From positions 138,508,001 through 138,572,000 of the forward strand of contig OZ260661.1 in the NCBI GenBank assembly GCA_965285935.1: DNA of 64,000 nucleotides, in the 5' to 3' direction. Shown here piece by piece: positions 39,549 through 52,900 of the stretch (positions are counted from its first letter, which is position 1; every line of letters starts with the position of its first letter). The notes under the pieces were generated by a model, which made no database searches, was not told the origin of the DNA, and saw only the letters and a program-made list of their open reading frames with translations. The DNA is from Ophelia neglecta (lineage: Eukaryota). A program made the position numbers and the translations under genes.

Positions 39549-42500
39549 ACACAAAACGTCCCACTAAAGCTGACTTTTCAACACATGTGTTTCTCAACCA
39601 AACCCAACTCAACGCTATTACTACTGAATCTAGTCTCAGAGAAAGACTTGGGAAACCCAAAATTGGTGGAGAGATTGACTACAATCGACCTGACAGTGAC
39701 ATACACACTGCAAGAGTTAAATTTAAAGACCCATCAGGTGAGGTCACTACACTTGATGAGTGTCATTTCAAGGGAAATTTATGTGGAAATTATTACCCGA
39801 TATTCCTCCATTTGTCTTTTTTTAGATTCAAGTCTGATGCATTCTAATATTACACAACTTAGCTAATTTGCACCCCACCCCCACCTACCACCACCCCACC
39901 GCTTTTGAAAAAAAATTGGGGAATATGTATTGGGCCTCCTGGCAGTCCATTTGCCATAACACCACTGCTGAATCCTTTTGTTTTGGCCGTTGCTGTTGTT
40001 GTTTGGGGTTTTACGTGGCTTTCAACACTTATCGAGCCTACTTGTGACAGTGGGCTCAATGCCCTCTTTAAAGTGCTGCCTCACTGGAGTACCTGCCGTA
40101 GACACCAGACAGGGAACCCCTCCCAGTCACATTATACTGACACCGTGTTAAAAAGTCCTGATACTACCCCCAAAATACCGGGCACCTGGCAGGGGAGCAA
40201 TCAGTACCTAATTTTACGTCTTAGGTTTGATGCAATCGAGGTTCGAACCCCGATCTCCCACTTGCGAGGCGGACGCCCTAACCACTCGGGCACGCTTTGG
40301 TGGTCTTTTGGCTGTAACTAAGTAAGGCCTCGATTCACAGAAATCATTTGGTAGTTATTGGTGTGCTTGGGACTGGGAATATATATTTTTACAAATTTAC
40401 TACTACTTATACTCAAGTCACAAATTTTTTCATGACCTCTTTTTGATAACCACTCATTCAGCTCACCCAACCATTAACAATTACTTAAATTAGTATTTTG
40501 TACTTTCAGATGATGATGAACACAAATGTGACAAAATTGCTACTGATTTAAACACCGATGAAACTTGTTTAGATGCTAAGAACCCGAATGAAGAACCAGA
40601 GCTGCCAAATGAACCCCAAAGAGTGATTAAGGTGAAGGGAATCAATAAACGAACACTAAACGCTACGCTTACCTACTTTTTTGAGAGCAAGAAGAGATCT
40701 GGTGGTGGTGACGTTGAAGAAGTAGTGCGTTCTGAGGGCTCAACAGAAGCGAAAATTACATTTAAAGATCCCAAAGGTAATTAAGCATCCTGTTTATTGA
40801 AGCAAAGTAGTGTCATAGTAAATGGATACAGCAGTCCCTGCAATGTGCCGTCCTTGTAATGGGCACTCTCCTGCAATGGTTGGCCATTATTTTAATGGAC
40901 CGATTGTCTTTCCATTATAAATTCCTGAAATGGCCGCCACCTATCGGGTGAAGCCGAATTTTGTTTATGACAGGGATGTGATTGCAATTAGCCAATCATA
41001 ACTGAGGACACACAGCCAATTCACTGAGGCAATACACAGTATCAACAGAGCAGGTCATTAAATGTGTTTGTTTGTTGTGTGCTAATTGCACAGACATCAT
41101 GGATGTGTCTGGTTGATCGACACGATTTTTTTACAGGCAGTCTTTTTGTAACAGCTGGATTTGGCTGTGCTGGAGCTTGTATGGGGATCAGTCTTTGATC
41201 TTTGTTGGACAAAATGGTGTCTTTGACAGCTTCATTTTGTTTATATATGGCAAATGTGTTTGTCCGTGGTAGAAATTGATGACTGGGGTGTTAAAAAAGA
41301 CATAAAAAATTCATCATTTCTGCCTTTCATTTAACAGCTAAATCCTAGATCAACATTGGATGCATATAGGGAAGCATATTTGTCACATCTTAACAAATCT
41401 TCAATTTAACCTTTGGGTCATTGGCATTATAGATGATTTAGTTTAGAATTAATGATTAAATTTTCAAGCTTGGGTACATAAATTTTGCCGGGTGTCCTGT
41501 CCATCCGGTGAAGGGCCAAGTGCAATTTAGGCCACTTTTGCTCTGATGGAGGGTCGGCCTCACATCGCAGGGACTGCTGTATTACCAAACAGGAGAAAAA
41601 ATCCTTATCTTTGTATGTATCAACCAAACAGCAATTTAAAGTCATGTCTCCACCCTCTTGGTATCACAGAAGAAGGCAGAAACTTAGTGAATATTTAGCC
41701 CATATGTCATCCCTTAATCAATGTACTTTTCAATACTCTCGTTATTTGAACTATTTGTAAGGTGTACGTTTTGTTTACAGATGCTGCCAATGTGCTCCAA
41801 CATGGACCTTTGACTCTGGAAAAGTCCAAGCTAGAAGTAACATTTGATACCAATGAGAATGTTTTAGATGCTGACTCGCAGAAGAATACTGTTCTAGTGA
41901 AAGGTTCGAAAATAATTTGAAGATAATTATAGTTAAATAAAGTGGAACATTGTTTTTTTAATTCTCTTTTTAATTATGTCCACCAAACGTTGTAGGAGAC
42001 ATTTGTTTACATGCCATTTGGTAGCTCGCCATTTGGTGTCTAGTGTCCGGCATCAAAATTTATTTGTCGCATGATAAAGGAAAACACCTGCTTTTTTTAA
42101 TTATTTTTTTTGGCTGCAAGAATATGCCATAATTCTGTCTGGCATTGTCCGAACATAAAAAATTGCAGTCTAACTTCTTAATATGAATAAAGACCTTAAA
42201 TTAATATCAAGTGCAAATATAAATGTTTGGGCTGCGAATTTGTTGGTGTTTCAGATGTGACCTTCATCTACAACTTCAAGGTACATAAATTAAAATCAAG
42301 ATTCTACCTTTAATAATAGCGGATAGAAACAAAATCATATAAGATTTATCTAGCAGTTAATTACGCTGGGGGTGTAACATGGTTATTGGGAAAAATTGCT
42401 ATTAGGGATATTTGGAATGATATAATTTTACCTGGGGGTAACAACCATTTCATTATCCCCCCCCCCCACCCCAATTAAAAATTGATGAGCCCTTAGTGCC

Positions 42501-45500
42501 CGTTGAGATCAGCAAATGAAACATTGCAAAAAATGTCACACTGATCCATCTGCTGCCCATGTCATTGTTGACACTACAATTGGAAATAAAAAATTTAATT
42601 TTATTCTTCATATTTACCCCATTTAGGCCTGTTTATTTACTGTTTTTATCTCATGTGTTTCCCAGGGTTGAAGCAGAGCATCTCGTTTGATACCATTGAA
42701 TGTTTTTTCGAAAACAAGCGACGTTCCGGAGGAGGTGAAATTAAGAAGGTAGACTACAATACTTCCACAGGAGAGGCTAAGATAACTTTTGTCAACCCTG
42801 AAGGTAACAACCTAGCAACAAAACATTTTATCAGCAGTAATCTGATGTTATAGTGGCTGTTGAGCCCACAAAAGCCGGACAATTTTTATATAAGTTTGAT
42901 ATATTAAGTGATGGCCAAATAATATTATAATATGAAAATGAAAAAGCAAGTCCAAATTTTGAAGTTATCTTAAAAGAAAACATGTGTATATAAAAAAAAT
43001 TCAAGAGCAGGCTGGAAACATAGAGGCAAGCAAAACATTGGGACAAAAGTAGAGCTGAAGGCAGACCGACATATGGTCGCTCCCAGGAGAAACCTTTTAT
43101 TTATCTATGATTAATGTTCCCTATTTTAGCATACAAATTATTTCACTATCCCTTAACTTAGCATTGGGTCATCACTGGTTTTTGTGAGGCTTTTAATTTC
43201 GCCAAGTTTCCGCCAAGTTGTGTCAGTCAAGATTTGCGTGGGACGCCATGTCTCTTGAACCGTTCATGGGAGTCTTTAATAGATGCTTGTGCTGACCTAA
43301 ACAGATTTTGGGTCAGATCGGAAAAACAAAATGGTCACCATTTTACAATAGTGAAAAATGTCATCTTTTCAGTGGCTAATGTTGCGAGATAGTCATATTA
43401 AATTTATTGAACTCTAATAGGAAATCATATACAAGGAATCCAGTGGTGACCTCGAATTTGACCTTGGATCTTTTTGCATGCTGAAATTGAGACATAACAT
43501 ATTTTAGGATGTGTTCCTAAACACCTTGTTTCTTTAATTATTAATTTTATTATATTACAGACGGATGTATTGATTTATTGTGGATAGATACATTTTTCTT
43601 TGTTGGCCAGGTTTCCCCTTTATTTGAGATCTTCTTATGTTATAAACAATTTTTTATATTATTTTTTATAGTTGACAGTACTTCACTAATAGGATGATTA
43701 CTTATAATCCAATTTTATTTCAAATTAATATTAAGTATAACCTGGGTCTATATATATTTCTAATTTATGGCCAATATGATTTTCGTAGAACTATTTTAAG
43801 AAATACTTTACTTCTGAATAATAGGTGTACAATTCAAATATATTTAACATGGCTGGGTTTTGAAGCCGCAACCAGCAAGGAGCTCATGGATAAATTTGAC
43901 TCTGCCATTGTATCATATTCCCATCTCTCCAAAGACTTAAATTTATTGAACGTTTTCAGCTGCTGCGAGGGTGGTTGAGAGAGAAAATCTAAAATTGGAA
44001 AACACCCCCCTCACAGTATCCTGGTGGATTGACAATAAAGGAGAGGTGTCTAAATTAGATTCTGAAGATTCATCCGAAGAAGATTTTGCAATAATAGTAA
44101 CAGGATTGACCACCAAAATATCAGATGACACTTTGCAATGTTTCTTCGAAAACAAAAAGCGAACTGGTGGAGATGCAACTCTTGTATATGAAAGACTTAG
44201 TGAAAACCATGCAAGAATTGCTTATGAAAATAATGAAAGTATGTTTTTTTTTCACTTTAACCTATTAAGCCCTCTTAATGTTCCACATTGCGTTTGGGCT
44301 ATATTATGTTTGGTTTTGAGTCTGTCAGTCAAGCATGGCAGCCATCAGGTTTTATATAATATACTCTGAATTGGCGGTCGGCACAAGAAACTTAAACTTG
44401 TGAGCTCGTTTTGGTTTTGTCTTGTGTGTCTGTTTGTACAGCCTAGTGGCCAGAGTTTACAACCTGGTTTCGATGAAGCTTCTCACAATAATTGACCACA
44501 ACATGGCAACAATGTATTAAATTGCTGTTTTAAGCCAACTTAAAGTAAAGATTACATCAATAAAATGCTTCAGAGAATAGCTGCGCATGCATATGTTTAA
44601 ATTAGCATATTTAAAGCTAGGGACTAAGGATTTAGAACAAATTTAATTCTTAATGTTAATCTTTATTTCTGCTGAGTATACACATCTGTGTTTTGAATTA
44701 CACAAATGATTCTAAGTCACTTTTATATGTTGTGATCTGTCATTTACAGCTGCCAAGAGAGTTCTTGAAAATGGGAATTTCACACTCGATGGAGTAAAAC
44801 TGACTGCTCAAAAAATGACTGATTTTGAACCAGTAAAAAAGGAGATCCCTCCCAGAGATACAATCCTAGTGAAAGGAATCGGTAGCCAAATTTCAGAAGA
44901 AGTAGTCTCACTGTTCCTTGAGAACAAAAAACGTTCACATGGTGGTCCTGTCTCACGAATGAAGTATGATCCAGTCAATGAGACTGCATTAGTCACATTT
45001 GACAATGCTGAAGGTTAACTCCAATTTTATTTTGTAGCATAGTTTCTTTATAATAATCTTGAAAGTCACTGTTATTAAATTTGCTTAATTGTCAGATTTG
45101 AGGTGGCTGTTGGAACATTGGCTTTAGGTGGTAATGTCTCTTTTGATTTTAATATTATTATATTTATATTGACCTGATGACTCAATGGTAAAATGGAAGG
45201 TTCCAACACAATTCTACATCAAAGTTAAGGCTCCTAGCTTCCTTTAATCGACTATGAAGCTTTGAACTTCTTAATGTGATCATATTTTTGTTAATATAAA
45301 TAATATACTAATTTTTATTTTGTATTTGTACTTTAGATGCCAACAATGTTGTACAGAAAGGAACCTTACTTCTCGATGGACAGACATTAATTGCTACATG
45401 GCCTGATATGGCTGATAAAGAAAACACCAGTGACACAGCAGGAAGTGAATTGCCATTGTCCAGGTCGCTGATGATACGGGGCTTGAATCCTAAAACTCAC

Positions 45501-48443
45501 CAAAATGTAATTAACATGTACTTCGAGAACCATAAGAGATCAGGCGGGGGCCCAATTGACGGAATACAACACGATGCTAAGAGGGGCACAGCCTTCATCA
45601 CTTTTAAAACTGCTGATGGTAAGCCAACTTGGAAGTACTTGAAAGCTTAATTTACTTTACAGGCATATCAGATTGATAGACATTTCCCTACGTTAATCAA
45701 GTTTTTATGACAATTTGATTAGACCATTGTAAGGAAGATTAAATGTTTTTCAGTGGTATACAAATATTTATGTAGCTAAAACTGCTATGTATTCTTTCAA
45801 AGTAAATACTTTATGTTGACAATAGTGTTGAGTGTAACGACCTGTGACTCTTTACAGCAGCCAAATCAGTGTTGCAGAAAAACAACCTTAAACTGGAAGA
45901 TTATCAACTTGATGTAGAAAGAGCGGACATAAAGGCTAAAATGCCTAAGCCAGCAGTCTCCATAGATGAACCTAAACCAGTCGCAGCTATAGAAGTCAGT
46001 GGGTTTGCTGAAAGTGCCACTGAAATATCCGAAGAGATGCTGCGACTATTCTTTGAAAATAAACGCAGCTCCGGAGGTGGAGACATCAAATTTATAAATC
46101 TGGACAAAGATAATGGGGTCGCAGCTATAACATTCATGAATGCTGAAGGTATCAAAAATTGGTTTTTATTACTACCATACATTTGTAACGAAAAGAGTTA
46201 AAGACAACATCCAATCTAGCACTCAATTTTCACTAAAATGTAAATTCACCCCAATTCAAATGAGATTCCCATACTCACTAAGAAGTAAACTATTTCGTTT
46301 TGTCACAAAAGAATATAAAACTTGCGTTTGCTCACCTCTTGAACTAATCGAAACAGCAGATCGCCGATCGTGTGACTTTTTTTTTAGCAACACCGTCTGT
46401 TACAAAACCCCACTGTCTGAAACAAATGCCAGTTATAGTCGGGTGTTTTTTGCTTTTGTGAATTCCAATGTTTTGAACAAATGTGACATTTGGGGGGTCG
46501 GGTTCTGGTTCATTTGTTGGCAAAATTTGGCCATTTCTTTCTCTGCTTTTCTCACATTTTTTGCATTTTCAAGTGTTTGGAGCAAAGAAAATATTTCAGG
46601 GTTCAGGTTTTTGCTTTTCAAGTATCTCTTTGATGCATAAAAATTGATTGGGATATTGAAATAGATGTCTGTAATTGGGTAATTCCTTCTTTAACTATGG
46701 TACATTGTATAAAAAGAGCCTCGTTTCAAGCTAGTTGTTTTAAATTTGTTTACAGATAATCAGCAGCAAACTATTTTTTTTAAATACTCTGCAACAAACA
46801 ATGTTTACAATTTGTTCAATATATTTTAGTCGCCCCCCCCCCCCTCCCCCTTCCATGAAGTTTTGTGATTTACGGCAGGTTGTCACAGAATATGGAAACG
46901 CATGTAAAGTGAATTATTATTGGTTGTACCGCTGCTGCATCCAAATATATATTGCGTTGCCATTTCCGAATAAGCACTGACAGGACGATTTATCCGCTCT
47001 TGCCCATGCCTATCACCGGCCCATCATATTGTTGTCTTTTCTTCTGATGTCACACACTCAAACAAGCGGAGTGGCTTGTTCAGCTCTGTAAGTCCGAGAA
47101 CTGTTCCGAGAGCATTAGTTGCCGTGTTTTTTCTTTTTTTTTTGAGCACATTGTGCAGAGAGCAAAATATTCCAGTTCTGACAGCACTTTTATAAAATAC
47201 TGAAATATCTTTTTCTCTAATAATTGTGTCAATGAAAAATTTACTGGTTATTATCTTTAACATAGCAAGTATCCCACAACACTAAATTTGAACATCACTC
47301 TGATAAAATCCGACTTTAATTCTTTTCTGTTAAGATGCAAACGAGGTTTTGAAGAAAGGAACATCCAACCCATTCCAACTGTTTGGGGTGCCATTGAATG
47401 TAAGAGGTCTCGAGATAGAAGTTCCAGCAGTGAGTTGTGCAATAGAAGTCAAGGGTTTTCCAGCGGACACAAATGAAGACCATATTGTAATGTTCTTTGA
47501 GAATCGTCGGAGGTCAGGGGGTGAACCCATTGAAGCAATTCATTATGATGTGCCAAATAGGCGTGCAATCATAACCTACCCAAATATTGAAGGTGCGTGT
47601 GATCTTTTAGGAGCCATCTTATTATTGGTCAATTAAATAGCATATTTAACTTGCTATACAATCAGAATGAACAAAAATCATGTTGCATTTTGCTAATTTT
47701 CTGTTTTGTAAAATATTATCATAATTGACCTTTCCTCTTGTTTCTCTCCATTCATTCTAACGGACATCCCTGGCATTAAACTGAATGGCTAATGTAACAA
47801 TTTGTATTTAAGCCCCTCAGAGAGTGATACAAAAGCAACCCCTCGTGCTTGATGGTGGAACTTTAAACATCAAGATATTACAACCTGCAAGACCAGTAGC
47901 GCCAATACATGGACCAGTTGACAAGGACAAAATCCTAGTCAGTTCTCTAGATGAGGATACCCCATCTGAAGACCTGGTATTGTTTCTGCAGTGCACCGCG
48001 GATTGTATGGTCAAACAGGTTCAGTTTGGACTGACAGAGGGAGTAGCCTTGGTGGAATTTGATGGTATCCCCGGTAATTTTTAAATCTACTTATTCTGAT
48101 ACTGCACAGCAATAAATATAAATATGTTTAGAGATGGTTAGCTTCAAAACTGATACATCAAGTAAACAGATAAATATATAGTTGATTTAGTTAAGATCAT
48201 ACAGTCAGATTTTTATCTTAACGTCAGGATCAAACAGATTTTTATTATTTCATGCCTTTACCAGATTATGATGCTGTTAGAAAACTAGTCAGTTTGAAGC
48301 CTCTGAGTGGCCGTATGTTGTGTGTTCAGCAAGTGCCACTCCCAGATAGCATCCAGGTCCACAATATATGTGGTGTCAAAGAGTACTTGCTGTCCCTCTA
48401 CTGTAGAAAGTCGACATTCCGTTACCGTACAGCAGGTTGGTGA
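39549..48443 (+). CDS. Copy B tandem RRM/NID-like repeat exons
   Basis: Recurrent motif: FFESKKRSGGGDV, FFENKRRSGGGEI, FFENKKRTGGD, FLENKKRSHGGPV, YFENHKRSGGGPI, FFENKRSSGGGDI, FFENRRRSGGEPI, plus a variant repeat (47813-48073). Each is followed by an A-x-I/V-T-F-like strand. All introns here are phase 1 and the frame is open up to the deletion junction. Confidence 0.88.
39989..40295 (-). mobile_element. tRNA-derived SINE with a Meta/MESC-like core
   Basis: Minus strand: A-box region CCGAGTGGTTAGGGCG, B box GGTTCGAACC, core ...CGGTGTCAGTATAATGTGACTGGGAGGGG..., and an (AAC)n tail. Confidence 0.75.
40829..41579. mobile_element. Tc1/mariner-like MITE (751 bp) in an RRM-array intron
   Basis: TIRs CAGCAGTCCCTGCAATGTG / CACATCGCAGGGACTGCTG (18/19 match), with TA on both sides. 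Confidence 0.85.
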
Positions 48444-48873
48444 TGAAAAAAAGGAGAAACACTATCACCCAGGAAAAAGAAGTCCTGCAACCACAGGTAA
48501 GTTGATATAGATAGTGCTCAAGTTATTTGTTTCAATTGATTTTATTTTGGAAGTCAGTACACAACTGGACTGCTTTCGACCAATAGCAATAAAGCAAAAC
48601 ACTTTTTATTATTCTTAGGTAGTGAGGTTGAGTTGGTAGACGGAACGCCAGCCCCAAAGAAGGCAGCCCTTCGGAGAAGTGTGGCCACTGCAGGTATATG
48701 TATATTTTGATAAGTTTACTTATTAGAGAGAAACTGCTATTTAAGAATCTGAACAAACATAAAATAATATTTATTTGTTCACTTAATATCATAAATTCAG
48801 ATGTCATGTTAGTTTTAATCATTTTCAACATTATTTTTAGTCTATATTTCGGTACATCAATATGCTATCTATT

Positions 48874-49922
48874 CCTCCGCCCTGAAGGGAACGGAGGCAT
48901 TATGTAGGCATGTCGTCCGTCCGTCTTCCGTCCGTCCATCGTCCTTCGGTGAAGTTTAAACAGTTATAAGTCAAGAGTGTTTAGTGCAATGTCTCAGCTA
49001 CTTCAAATGAATTGATTTTTGAACAGGGGGCATAAATTGACGAGGATTACTAAACACTGTGACCGTCATGGTGTGTTGGTCCAAATGTGTTCAGGATACG
49101 ATATCTCTTGAACCGCTGTGGGAATATTTTTGTAACTTCAAGGGATTCTTCGATGGATACTTCCCCGAACCTGAAAAAGTAATGGGTCATCGGTGCGAGA
49201 TATGCATGTCAAATGTATTAACCATTGATAGAGACCATATACAAGGAATCCATTTAGGACCTCAAACTGCTCCTCGGGCGTTTTTTTTTTCTAGGTAAAA
49301 TTGAGACTCAGAAAATCATGAACGAAGAATCAAGTGGTGACGTTGAATTTGAGCTAGGGTCTCATTCTCGAGGTCAAATTGAGACTTAGCATTTTTATTG
49401 CTATTCTAACTAGCTAACGACATAAGATAAATATTAAATAGGAAGCCCTATACAAGGAATTCAATGCTGATCTCACATTTAACCTTGAGTCTCATTTTCA
49501 TGGTCAAATTGAGTTTATTTTGAATGATACTTGACGGGTCCTTGATCAGCTTTTGACCGGATCTTTATGATTGACCACGTACAAGTACGCAGTAGGATTT
49601 AAAACTTCTTAACCACTAGTGATAGAGTTCTGAAGTTTGGCATAAAGGTAATATGGCGCAAAAAGAAAGTGTTTTGTTAGTGATGTTGTTTCATATCTTT
49701 CTCTATAATATGTTGTAGAAGTTGGACGTAAAAGGCCATTAATGGGGAAGAGTGCAAGAAAGACATTTCAATAACATTGACAAGTACTATGATGTCATAT
49801 TCTAGCAATTCAATGGTGATCAGGTGTTTTCTTAAATCAACGGACAAAAAGCGCCTACCCAAAAGACTCGGTTTATTTTGCTTGCAAGGCAGTATTACGC
49901 TACTTGCTGCATCTGGCGGAGG
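48874..49922. mobile_element. Same HINE/DINE-1-like element in copy B
   Basis: Near-identical duplicate of 4140-5188. Confidence 0.55.
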
Positions 49923-52900
49923 CATCCTTTAATTGGTGTCAAGCAACAATCGTAATCAAGTTATATCTAGCTCTCAATGTATCATTTAATATAACTGAAG
50001 ATACACTGAACTAACGCCAATAGGTTTTAGTAAAATTTATTTTTTTACATATAGCCGCAAATTCAACCAAAGCCTTGTTCACAAAAGTAAATGACAAGAC
50101 GCTGATGACTTCTCAGGGTGTCCTCGTCACCCTCGCTATAGGAGGCATAGAGCTGCAGAAGGTAACATGCTGTGCAAATATAAAACACATTATCTTAGCA
50201 ATCTGATGATATAGAACTTCCATTAAAACTACCAGGTAAACATTGAAGTCAGCTTAGCTTTTCAACCCCTTGCCTAATACAATTTACAGTGTTTTCAGCA
50301 AAAGGAATTATGTGGGGGGTTGGGGGGGGGGGGGCATCTAGAGAATGATATATGTACATTTGTTTGATTTTCTTTACATTTCTTACCATTTCCTCTTTTT
50401 TTTGTACGAATCCATGTTTTTGGTAAGGCGGGGGGGGGGGGGGGGGGGAGGGAAGGGGGGGGGCTAATAACCAAAGCGAACAACACAATTTTTAAACATG
50501 TGGGCACAAAATATTTGGTGGGGAGGTGTTGGGCAGGTTTTATGGGTCTCAATGTTGTGTTTTAAATAAAACAGCATTTAATGGGGTGGGTGGGGGCGCC
50601 AACTCTTGCTTTTACTCTGCCAGAAGTAGTTTAAGGACAGACTTTTTAATTTTTTTTTCAAAAATCCTTGTTGTATATGCACCCCAATTTCGCACTCTAT
50701 ATGCATTCTAAACTTGCCTGGACACAATTCATATGTTGTAGTGATTAATATGGTTAGAACTGGACATTTTTAAGGGGGTGGGGGGGGGGGAGGTTAATTT
50801 TATAAAATTCACTACTACCCCTTCTCTTTTTACGGAGATGTATCAACCTTTCTCGGTAGCGTGATACAAAAATAGTATTTAAAAGTACTTAACATAAATA
50901 TAAAGGGACACAGCAGCTGTACTTATTAACTATCAGGGTAAATTGCATTTCTCAACAACTAATGTGCATTTCTGAAGATTATTTTTACTTACATCAATGA
51001 AGACTTTATCGGGAATGCATCTGTCTCAATATGTGGTGACTGCACTTTTAAATGCATTGTTTAAATGAGATTTTTAGGGGACACATTGCGTTCTGCAAGT
51101 GTACCGACTGATTTAAATATGTATTCATTTTCAAGCTGCCCACACACACTTTATCTTAATAGAGCCTCTACTTTTCCATATATTCCGAGTTATTAAATTC
51201 GACATCAAGGTGTAAACAGGTTTGGAAAATATATTTTCTCCATATGGAAAACAAGCTTAGATAAAATTGTAAAAAAGATGGCTTCGGTGGGTCCTATTTT
51301 TTTGCAAAATGATTTTATAAAAGGGGTTTAGAACTATTTAGTGCACTCGCACATATAACGGTTGATTAAGTAACCTAAAGTCATAATATGAGTTATATTA
51401 AAGACAAGCATGCTTCAATACAAGTTAGTTGTTCAGTAATTGAATGAGTTTTTTGCTCAGGAAAGACGTTTATTTATTTCCCCGCCTTTTTTTGAAAAAA
51501 ATTCCGGGGTTGTATTTTAGTTTATAGGACACATAAGCCCAGTGTGCATCCCCCTTCCCCCCCCCCCTCCCAGGATCTTACCATGTATGCATATGTTTTG
51601 TCCTATAGTAAAAACTTGATTTTGTTTCCGTCTTGATGTTTTAAATTGATTTTCCCAGGTGGATGTGATTGTAAATACTACATCTAGAAATATTGATGGA
51701 AAAAGTGGCGTATCTAGAGCAATATTCAATGCAGCAGGACCTGGTCTTCAGGTATGTTGATCAAACATTCACTGAATTGTCGATGTAAACCATATTGACT
51801 GACTTTTTGCACAACTTGAGTAAAGCTATCTTAGGTTATTATGTTGTCATATTCCGGATGTGATGCATCATCATGCAATCTTTCTTTTCATCTTTTCCTA
51901 ATTGATACGACGACACCACCTATCAACACTGTAGATGACTTTTGTCTTACGCATACCAGCAAAATGCATCTGGATTTCTTTTAATAATATGCAAGGCCAC
52001 TCTTACCCATTTTTCCTTTATTTATTGCACGATAGACAACAAATATCTATTTGCTTAAATGTTAATAACCATGTAACTATTCATATCTCTTTAAGAACAT
52101 TATATGTTTTAAATTGCGGTTTCTCATGCCGGAATATGATTTTGATTTGCAATGCTTTAGAAGAAGGTGCAATTTTGATTGACATGTCTCATCCAGTCAA
52201 TTTAGTGGCTAAGTTTATAACATTCAACTTGCCCTTGACAGCTCGTTAATATGCAATGTTCTCTATATCCATTTTTATGATCAAAATATTGGGGCAGATA
52301 TTATAATGTACAGAGACCGTGATCATCACTGTATCCTTAAATATGAAGGAATGTGTCATTTGTTAGGTTACTCGTGCATTGGGATCTTTTCCATGTGAAA
52401 CCCTTGTTAAAGTTGCAATTGTGTACAGTTTTCTGAAGATCATAAGCCAAGGAAAGATACAATACGCTCTTTTATTTTCTATTTTGTATTTAAAATACTG
52501 CAAAGGAAGAACTTTTTGGACAGCATCATGAGATAAAATACTGCAACCAAAGACACGCAAAAGTAATACAAAGGAATCAAATTCATAGCCGAGCAAAGTC
52601 TTGCACTCCATTGAATTGTGGTGAAAGATTGCGACTTGCCATGAAAGATATGATAAGAGCTGTAGGTGTGAGAGGCACTATTTGAAGAAATTAGATGTTC
52701 TTCAAATACAAGCAAAGCATCTATTTGAGTTCAGCGTCTCCGTGGCACATGGGTCTTATTAATAACTAAACCAAAAGTTAGCTTTTTTAAACCTAACGCT
52801 TTATGGACCAAGTAATACTTCTATTTTTGGGGCTGCTCTAAAGGCATTTCCATAATATTTGGGTCATGTTAATACGGTATTACCGAGTTGGCCAGTACCA

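Noticed and set aside
40230-40295. Possible tRNA gene (A and B boxes, minus strand)
   Set aside because: No convincing acceptor stem. It continues into a SINE core and (AAC)n tail, so it is a SINE head.
46140-46640. 166-aa plus-strand ORF
   Set aside because: It is intronic, out of frame with the RRM exon, and Phe-rich from T-rich repeat sequence.
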